DNA from: Folioceros fuciformis
Lineage: Eukaryota
NCBI GenBank assembly: GCA_049999805.1
Contig: JBNGIO010006230.1
Location: 244,200-284,768, forward strand
Direction: 5' to 3'
DNA length: 40,569 nt
How positions within the stretch are numbered: the stretch's first letter is position 1; each line of letters begins with the position of its first letter. Positions 1 to 8,947 of this stretch are shown here, piece by piece. The position numbers and the translations under genes are program-made. A model generated the notes under the pieces. That model worked only from the letters and a program-made list of their open reading frames with translations, did not search any database and was not told the origin of the DNA.

Positions 1-160
1 GCTTTGGGCCCATCCAAGTCCTTTGTGATTGGCCTTCTCTTGCTTTGGGCCCATCCAAGTCCTTTGTGATTGGCCTTCTCTTGCTTTGAGCCCATCCAAG
101 TCTTGCATTGTGATTGGCCTTCTCTGGCTTTGGGCCCATCCAAGTCTCGCATTGTGATTG
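1..160. repeat. Tandem repeat, ~41-44 bp unit, ~4 copies (runs off window start)
   Basis: Unit GCTTTGGGCCCATCCAAGTCCTTTGTGATTGGCCTTCTCTT exact at 1-41 and 42-82, variants at ~83-127 and ~128-160. Confidence 0.9.
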
Positions 161-228
161 GATAAATTAGATATTAATATTATCCATGCTATTTTAAGTA
201 TAATATATTATATAAAAAAAATTAAAAA

Positions 229-408
229 TAACATTTACAGAGTTAGACTATAGTGATTGGGAGTGCCTATTTTCCTAAAATAAGTAACATATAACATTTA
301 TAGAAAAATAACATTTAGCCTTACTCCCCAACTAAGGAGTACCCAAACCTCTAACATTTATAGAGGTATAACATTTAGGGAGGTCACATTTACAGAGGGT
401 GGACTGTA
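229..408 (-). mobile_element. Probable terminus (two stacked ends) of a Tc1/mariner-pogo-like DNA transposon or MITE
   Basis: Reverse complement of 382-408 reads TA|CAGTCCACCCTCTGTAAATGTGACC (TA followed by CAGT, typical of Tc1/pogo termini). A decayed copy TATAGTCTAACTCTGTAAATGTTA lies at 229-252, and AACATTTA motifs repeat between them. The partner TIR is not in the window. Confidence 0.4.
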
Positions 409-1695
409 GTTGCTCCTTAGACTGTCAGAGCGGCACCTGCTTTGAGATTAGACTCGGAGAGTAGCAGCGTTGCAACGAATCACTAAAACGCAGATGGGCC
501 CACCACTCGGCCAGCGGAGCCGGACTGCTTCATTGCCGTATACGATTGTTGTGTGGTGATCCGTATGTGGAGGATGCAATCAAAATCCTCTCTCACAAGC
601 TATGTATGTTCTTTCACTGTAAACATGCCCACATGGTTCTGTAATCTAAACGGCAATTTGAGACCACCTGTGGGGAAGTGTGTTGCTGACCACTTGCTGC
701 AATCTGAGACCACCTGTTGCAAGTGTGTTGATTAGGCTGAAGCTCTTATCCTAAAGGTCACATTCTTTAGCCCCTGCAACCGCACAAAGGCAACTCAAAA
801 CAGGCTCAAAAGCACAGGCTAAAGGGTGCTCACTGAAGTACTCTCTGCCTTTATTGAAGACAACACATGATTAGGGAAGCTCGAGTCTTCAGATCCAATC
901 AATTCATTTTTGTTGGATGAGGTCGAGGTCATGGTGAGCCTTACCGTCCTCAACAACAAGATAGATTCCAAAATGGTCCACCCCAATCTCAATTTGAACA
1001 CAGTAACAAACGAAGAAATGACTCTTATAACTGGTATGGAATTCCCAGTCACTAGGAAACTGATTTAAGGAAAAAGGCATCATGCATGCCTAAGAGGATT
1101 AATTACTCTTCAAACATAGTAATTACTACAAGACAAATGTGGGTGATTGCTTCACTTGACATCATGACAATTACCTCACTAGACATCATTTTGATCACTA
1201 TGGCTGGTGTTTGGATTCATGTGCATCGCTGCATATATGCCATTCAAAATCTTTCTTTCCCACTTGTGAAGTAGCCTCAACATATATCTTTCCTTCGCGC
1301 CAAATGGATGTTCAACCAAAGTAAATTCGTTTCAAACTCGCAATTGCTGCTCAAGAAGATATTATACTCCACCAAATGGATGTTAGTATGACATTTCTAT
1401 AGGCTAGTATGCACCTGTTGTTAGACCTAAGCAAATTCGCTTCATTCTTGCAATTATTGCTCAAGAAGACATTATACTCTGCCAAATGTATACAAGAGTT
1501 AATTCATACTTGACCTCATCCAGTTTTACACATAATTATGTATGTTCACTCGAACGTATATAAGTTATAAATAAATGATGGTTATGTATTTCGTTTTCTA
1601 TATGTGGATGATTTTATCACAAACAAACCACTTACAGCTAATGATTGCCCTAGTGGAGTCCAATTGGTGTTGACCTAAATCCTATACCCTAACCT

Positions 1696-1988
1696 AGAAG
1701 GCCTAGTGGGCTTCTATGGTTTAGAGTTCCCCTTGGCAAATGAGGTAGTAAGTAAGCCCTTGGCAAATGAGGTGGTAAGTAAGCCCTTGGCAAATGAGGT
1801 GGTAAGTAAGCCCTTGGCCCCAGAAGCAGAAGGCCTAGTGGGCTTCTATGGTTTAGGGTTCCCCTTGGCAAATGGGGTGGTAAGTAAGCCCTTGGCCCCA
1901 GCAGCAGAAGGCCTAGTGGGCTTCTAGGGTTTAGGGTTCCCCTTGGCAAATGGAGTGGTAAGTAAGCCCTTGGCCCCAAAAGCAGAAC
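1696..1988. repeat. Hierarchical minisatellite: 78 bp unit x3, first unit with an internal 27 bp triplication
   Basis: AGAAGGCCTAGTGGGCTTCTA..GGTTTAGGGTTCCCCTTGGCAAATG.GGTGGTAAGTAAGCCCTTGGCCCCA..AGC starts at ~1696, ~1828 and ~1906; sub-unit CCCTTGGCAAATGAGGTGGTAAGTAAG x3 at ~1730-1810. Confidence 0.9.
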
Positions 1989-2023
1989 TGGCAGCGGCGT
2001 CCATATCCATTCTGGCTTCCAAT

Positions 2024-2440
2024 GACTTGGCAACTGCCGAGTAGAGCAGGTAAACTAGCATCAAGTGACTTTGGCAACTGCCGAGTAGAGCAGGTAAACT
2101 AGCATCAAGTGACTTTGGCAACTGCCCAGTAGAGCAGGTAAACTAGCATCAAGTGACTTGGCAACTGCCGAGTAGAGCAGGTAAACTAACATCAAGTGAC
2201 TTGGCAACTGCGAGTAGAGCAAGTAAACTAGCATCAAGTGACTTGGCAACTGCCGAGTAGAGCAGGTAAACTAGCATCAAGTGACTTGGCAACTGCCGAG
2301 TAGAGCAGGTAAACTAGCATCAAGTGACTTGGCAACTACCGAGTAGAGCAGGTAAACTAGCATCAAGTGACTTGGCAACTGCCGTGTACCAGGTAAACTA
2401 GCATCAAGTGACTTGGCAACTGCCGAGTACCAGGTAAACT
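2024..2440. repeat. Minisatellite, 43 bp unit, ~10 copies
   Basis: GACTTGGCAACTGCCGAGTAGAGCAGGTAAACTAGCATCAAGT repeated head to tail with 1-2 nt indels and no spacers. Confidence 0.95.
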
Positions 2441-3380
2441 TGCAATTGGAAATCGATGGATCCAGAGAATGGAGAAGAGTTGCAGTGACGAGTGAGGACA
2501 TGATACTGATATGTTTCGGTTTGTTTCGTAAGGTCTCAACGGTATTATTTAAGGGACGGCAGACAAGGCCTAATTCTTACCTTCTTTTTTAAGTACTAAG
2601 TGCACCTGCCACTCGAACCTACCGGCTGGCAATTATAAGGATAAAGATGGTATATTGGTGTTAAGATTTGTATAAGGTTGATATCGAACTTGGGAAGCCA
2701 TGGCGAACCTGATTTGCCGAGTGGGGGGTTAACACAACCCATTCAGTTCAACCCCAAATACAAGCAGAAATCGCAATCGGCAGGGACCTAGCATGCCCCC
2801 GAAACATCAAACCAAACTTCCAGCTAACTTTAGAGACCATCCCAAGGTGATCAGGTTGTCTGCAAGCTGAAAACAAAGCATACATGTACAGTGAGCTGTG
2901 ATAACAGAATCGTAAGCTCATGTGCTAGCTCCAATATACTTCAGGACGACCTACAACAAGATCCCATACGATGTTGCGCATACTGATCGAGAAGTTATAG
3001 TCCGCCTGGGGAATGTCTTGCAGTGCTGGTAACGCAAGTTCTTCAGATTTACAGCTACGGTATGTACTAGCTGCAAACTGGCAGAAATCCGAATTGATGG
3101 TGATGTGGAGAATGGTCTATGTTGCCTGGCCATCCCGCAAAGCAGCATGCTCCGTACTCTCATCCGATGCATACAGGACAGTTCTTACCAATCTTGCTCA
3201 CCTTACGCCTAAGGAAGCCCAACATGCGGGACACGTACCCTTTGACGACCATGATGATCTTCCCTTGGGTCTACTGTGACGTTGGAGAACAGATTGGCAA
3301 GTCACTCCTGGCACCTCTTGTTTGTTTTCAATCCAGCGTCGTGACTACCTGCAGCTGCATGTCCGATCGCGGACTGTCGT

Positions 3381-6165
3381 TGTCCCGTGACACGGAATCG
3401 GGGCGAGACTACGACTTCCTCCAGTTAGTCGTCGCTGAATTGTGCCCTTGTCTCCTAAAGCAGAGGCCATCAGATCGAGCTCGGAGCTCCCAGTGGCCTT
3501 GGAATCTTCAGAGTTAAGGGTCCGGAGATGGTTCAAATCTGGTAAGTTGGGGACAGTCTTCCACAAGAGGAGATCACCGTAGGACAAGAGGAAGATGATT
3601 GGACGCTACAAACTGTTTGTGTCAAGAATTATATATGGTTTGAGGAAACTAACCACCGTGTAGAAAGCAGGCAGCGATGCCTGCTTGGAACAGATTAGAG
3701 AGGAAAGCGGACAACACACACCGCTTTTACATTAGAAGTAGCGATTGTGGTCAAGTACGACAATGGATGGTGTATTGACTTGTGGCCGCTTCGCAGCTGC
3801 ATTATTACGGAAACCCTGCACAAGCACATGCACTTGCACATGCGGTCCCCACCACCTCCAAAAACTACTGAAACACTGTTGACGTGAGCAAACTGCTGCT
3901 AACCAAAAGCTAACACACAGGAGCCAGGACTGCGGATTTGCTTGCGTAAGCTACGTTTAGTCGCCACCAACTGTGAACGCTAACCAACCACAGAAGCTAC
4001 ATATATACTACCTCATTTTAGACACCTTGAAGGTGGAAATAGGACATAGGGCGGGGCCTTGACTCGCAGGTGGTAATTTGGCTCAGCACCACATGAGCTC
4101 AAAGTATCCTCAAGTCCTGAACTCCGGCTTGAGGCACCACGTGCCAAAATTCTGTCCGGAGTGGTTGTAGTCGCAGATACCGCGCAAAGTAATTTTCAAC
4201 GTAAGCTGTCATGAATGAGAATCACATGTGAGAACGCTAGGATGCCAATCTGCTTGCATCAGCTCAAGACTGGTATGCATGACACTGTACGCACCTTAGG
4301 CTGATGAAGCTCGTCCATCAGTTCCTTCACTGTCCAGAGAGGTTTACGCTCAAACAACATGAACAACTCCCTTTCTAGTGTCTCGGAATCTTTGCTGATC
4401 CGCCTCATTGGTTCTGGTTCGGCATGCTTCCCCTTTCGTTTCCTCCCGACGGGCTTCTCTTCTCGTTCCCTCTCGGCATCCTCCTCTTCTGATTTCCTCT
4501 TCTTGCCCTGACAAAGTGAGCATACACGTAGCTAGCTGGTGAAGATGGTTTTCCACAAAAATCACATCCGTGTGCATACATGTATATCGTGCTACATAGG
4601 AGTGCGGTATTGACGATCATTACTGGGAGTTGGGAAAGACAGGGACAGAACCTGCTTAAATATTTCAATCTTGCGATCACGACTTATATCCGTCGGCTGA
4701 TTCATCAGCAGCTGACACCAGGAAACAAGTTTGACATGTTAGCCTAGCCCTGAGGGTTAAGGTGAAGGAAGTCTCCAACTGCTGCAAGATGTGAACCTTT
4801 GCAGTCGGTCTGGCGTTGGCCTTTCGCTCCCTTGCGCTAACAATCGCGCCATACTCCACCAAATCGCTCACGCTATCATAGCGCTGCAGGTGGAATATAT
4901 CCTTCACTGTTCCCTCCACTGCAATGTTACCTGCAGAAGGTTTGCACGCGTCGTGCTCAAGAAAGCTCACCTCAATCCCCGCACAGTTTCAACACGGCCC
5001 GGAAAGCCGGGCCGTCACATCACAGCCAAGAACGTTAACTAAACCATCTCTATCCTACGTATACGGTAGGAATTACCGTCGGGCTTCGTAAGAAACGTGA
5101 TCATGGATGGACAACACTCCCGGGATTTACTCTTCATCTCGTACGTCACTTCCGGCTCTCCATCGTTCCCGAGCACCGTTAACAAGCGCTGCGCAGCATG
5201 GCAAGAAAGAGAGTGAGCTCGTCAATCCAGGTCTAGTCACCACCAGGTCCAGGTCCTAGTGAATCGGCCGCGTACACAGCTGGGCCCGACAGAGATGGAG
5301 ATGAAATGCGGATGTGGCTTTGTCATGAAGTTACCTTCACAGGAGCAGTAGGTTCGCGCACATCAATCTTCACGGTCATCAGACCCAGGGGCTCCTGCGA
5401 TCCTCCGCGCAGCCGCTCCCCCCATCGCCTGGAGAGCTCTGGTGGGAGTTTGATCAGCATGTTTTCTTCGCCCGCGTTGGTAAGATCTAGCGGTAGTACG
5501 GTCCGAGTCGGCGAAGAACCATCTTCTAGGCTGTGGTCAAGGGCCATGATGTCCGACTTGGGCTACTGAGGGCAGCTCACACGTACTTGCGATCGGACGA
5601 CCTAAGAGAGAGTTTCACTGGACAAGGCTTTCTCGCTTTCACAATAGAGACTGAACCAGGGCTTCAAGTGTATGTAGACGGGTCGGGCCTCGGGAGACAT
5701 TAGGATACGGCTTCTCGGTTATGAATACGAAAAGCGACACGAAAAGCGAATGAAGCCAAATGCATTTTGATTTTGCGCACGAACACAAGCTTTGTCCTCG
5801 GACCTCGGGGTCTGGGCGACGGGCTCAGCTTTGTCCTTGGACCTTGATATCCATCTGATATCCTCGGCAGAGGGGGAGCGCACAGATAGTATCCGGCGGG
5901 GCCGGGCTCCCGCACCAGAATGGATATGGATGCCACTGCAATCTCTGGGCCGGGAAGTATGTGATGGGACTCTGCCATGATATCGATCCTGCCAGGTTCT
6001 CGATGCGTACGTGTTCCCGATCGGGGTGGTGACGCAAGACGGCGTCCCCTAGCCTGCAGCGTGGACAACAGAAGACTTTGGGCGTTCAAGGAGCTCGGGA
6101 AGGAGGAGTCGGATCGGAAGGAGAAGCTTCACCCGATGTGGATGGTGCACCCATGTCCTGATGGT
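3381..6165 (+). repeat. Tandem duplication, copy 1 main block (paralogous to ~30397-33176)
   Basis: Colinear high identity from TCCCGTGAC.CGGAATC (3383 vs 30399) to CCATGTCCTGAT (6162 vs 33173). Homology resumes at ~6925-6959, 23913-24000, 25015-25049 and 30309-30390 versus 33183-33430. Confidence 0.95.
4110..5547 (-). CDS. RAP30: Transcription initiation factor IIF beta subunit (RAP30/GTF2F2)-like, copy 1, 275 aa; exons 5547-5335, 5188-5077, 4930-4797, 4711-4652, 4507-4295, 4205-4110
   Basis: GT-AG splicing gives one open frame. N-terminal LDLTNAGEENMLIKLPPELSRRW, IAVEGTVKDIFHLQ..VEYGAIVSARERKA, and C-terminal winged helix LERELFMLFERKPLWTVKELMDELHQPK/LTLKITLRGICDYNHSGQNFGTWCLKPEF match RAP30 motifs as I recall them (LFE.Q..W..K.L...T.QP...LK..L..IC.YN..G...GT..LKPEY). 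Donors of introns 3 and 4 (GTTCAC, GTTCTG) are weak, so exon 3/4 limits are less certain. Confidence 0.85.
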
Positions 6166-6959
6166 CAGGAGAATGTGCAGACACAGTGGGTGCACGTGAA
6201 CAAGGACGTCAATAATGCTTCCATCCGTGCAATGAGGTTGTGTGAAGTAGGGGAAACATGCTGGTTCACGAGAACAGACTGTAATTGGTAATTTGATGTG
6301 CTGTGCACTCTGCGTGGCCTCACTTTCGACTGCATGGAGCAGTATGTGACGAGCTTTGAGTAGCGTGTGCTGGAGACAAGGCTAGGGTCACCAGCAGCTG
6401 GACGAAATCGGAGGTCCGTCCCCGATTCCAGCTGGACGACAGGTCGTGATTTGACAAGCTGCTGCAGTTGTCATGACGCTCGATTGTCAAAATCAATCCA
6501 GCTCGATAGGTGTGAAGAGGGACTCACCAGACCAGGGGCAACGATCTGGTTCTGTTCTCAACAGTAGACCCAAAGGGAGATCTACTTGATCATTGTTCTG
6601 ATGGTCTCTCAAGTTACCTGGAAATTTGGTTCGATGTCTTGTGCACAGGTGCCCGGGAGCCAACATATAGCTTTTAAAGCTATATGTTGGCTTTTTTCAG
6701 TCATCAGCTTTAGATGAAGTGGAGCTGCCAGTCAAGAAATAGAGCGAGGATGTCAGAGCCATGAATAACGATCCCAAGTGGAACCAGTCGTAGATGCAGT
6801 GTCTGGACTTGTGAACCGAGTTGGACCTCGAGTAAGGCTAGATACAAGGTCAGCCGAGGACGGGGAAGACTACCCTGCTGGTACCTCTGCTATCTATACT
6901 TTGCAGCATGAATTACAGAACCCACATCTGCTCCCACCAAGACATGTAGAGCCATCTCT

Positions 6960-7190
6960 TGTTGTGCACCATGCGCCAGCTACACAGGGCACCGCCGTTT
7001 AGGGCGCGTTTCCCATATGTGGAAATTACGTTTAATTAAAGTCGGTTAATAACGGTTAATTAGTTGTACACCAACAGTTATTAATCAAATAGTTATTACT
7101 GGATACGATTACAACTACCAAAGTACTTATATAAATGGACCAACACCCTTAATCAGAATACTCCTTCTACGCACATCTGTTTGCATTTTA
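6960..7190 (+). repeat. 5' LTR of element A
   Basis: Starts TGTTGTGCACC, ~90% identical by eye to 23674-23907, followed directly by the tRNA-iMet PBS. Confidence 0.93.
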
Positions 7191-7711
7191 TGGTATCAGA
7201 GCTTGTATCGGCCGCGCTTCGTCTCGCTCCACTATGGCGCCTCGCATTTGGCCTTCTTCAGCCACCTAACATGGCGCGCATCTGGAGCAGCGGTAGCAAG
7301 CCTCAATGATCCCGGGCCATCTATCATGCCTCGGCGCCGCACTCCAGCGAGTTACGCTCCAGGCAGCAACGTCCTCACGCGACTCCGTCACGCACTACCT
7401 ATAACGCCACCATTAGAGCGTTTATGTTCTAATTGCAGAAGGACATCCCACACTCCGGCAACCTTACTCGTGTCTTTCAGCGGCATAACTCCTACAGTTT
7501 TTTTTTTTTTTCATTCATCAATTTGATTTGACGATCACATCAAGAGCCATTTAGTGCTGATCAAGTCGCAGATGGAGGCACTCTTCGTCGCCATCTCTAA
7601 TTTATGTGAGCATGCGCATAATGAGTCAGAAGCACTCTAAGCAGGCATATCCGACAACATACCACACTTTTGCTCGCAAAGAGAATTACCCGTCACGCGC
7701 GCCACACAGTG

Positions 7712-8588
7712 ATGGCTACCAGCATCATCAATACAACAAAGGTGGAGTTTGGGGAAAGAGACCGCGTCACCGGAAGCGATTACGACATCTGGCACATGCG
7801 CATCACCGCGCTATTAGAGGAGCACGACCTCATGGGTATCGTAGATGGTACTGTCCCTATACCGACTACCACCTCAACTCCTCAGATTGCAGCCTGGTCC
7901 AAAAAGGACAAGCGCGCCAGAAACATCCTTATTTCAGCTATCGACAAAAGCATGATGCAACATACCAACGAACAAATTACTTCCAACGCAATCTGGATAA
8001 CTTTCAAAGACATGTTTCAAGCTCAAATGGATAACTTTCAAAGACATGTTTCAAGCTCAAATGGATAACTTTCAAAGACATGTTTCAAGCTCAAAGTAGC
8101 ATGTCTCTCATCGACACTACCAGGCAATTCTACTCCCTTCGAATGAAGGATTCGGATACAGTTGAGCAGCATGTCAACGTATTCCGATCGCTCAGAGCAA
8201 AGTTAGCCGCCGGAGGTACTGTTATCTCGGAATTACAAGCTGCAGTTGCTCTTCTGACTTCTTTGCCTGCCACGTACAGAACATTTATCGGCTCTTAGAA
8301 TTCTGCCATTCGAGCAACAATTCAATCAACCACAACCGGACAAGCACCTACATATACCTTCACTGAGGTCGTCGCAGCTCTCCTGGAGGAAGAATCTAGT
8401 AGAGCCACAAATAGCAAGGCCTCTTCTCCTAATACCCACGCCTTATTTATATCTAGAGGTCATGGTGCCCGTAGAGGAATTGGCCGTAGCAACTTTCAAC
8501 CTCACAGGCCTTTTGTGCAACCCTCCACTGCCGTTCCTCGAGGTACCAGACAGCCCGACCGCAGGGCCAAGGGCCTGTGCAACTGGTG
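7712..8588 (+). pseudogene. Copia A gag, 5' part (frameshifted, split in the zinc knuckle by element B)
   Basis: VTGSDYDIWHMRITALLEEHDLMGIVDG and FYSLRMKDSDTVEQHV gag motifs; ends at CNW(C); 34 bp triplication at 7994-8095; TAG at 8296. Confidence 0.88.
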
Positions 8589-8947
8589 TGTTAGCATAAT
8601 CTAGTTAAGACAGCGCTTGAGCATCGATCCCTAGCAATAGCTCTCATTGGTAGATAGCGAAGAGTCACAACGTTCAAATCGCAACGTTCAGCACTCATGC
8701 CTCCAAAGGGCCGACTGTGTATGCGCTGTGAGTGCAATAATGAAAATCTATTGTCTTTCTTAGTTCCTGTGCTAGGGCGTAGGAGAACAACATGGTATCA
8801 GAGCCACTCTAGCGATATCATTAGAGATTCTCATAATCAGATGGCACTTTAGATCCTTCCTGGTGACCATCACAAGGAAAATGGAAATTCCAGAAATTCC
8901 TTCACTTCCCATGAGCAATGAAATGGTAGAAAGACGAACTCGGCAAC

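Noticed and set aside
553-1500. Short ORFs and imperfect direct repeats (~653-685 vs ~699-730; ~1319-1380 vs ~1430-1490)
   Set aside because: No recognisable domain, termini or splice pattern; probably decayed repeat DNA but not assignable.
1850-1940. Interstitial telomere
   Set aside because: Only 1-2 TTTAGGG units per 78 bp repeat, not a telomeric tract.
2024-2440. CRISPR-like array
   Set aside because: Units are contiguous with no unique spacers, there are no cas genes, and the context is eukaryotic.
3734-3749. 16 bp exact match AGAAGTAGCGATTGTG to 33416-33431
   Set aside because: A single 16-mer match is not improbable in a 40 kb self-comparison, and flanking similarity is marginal.
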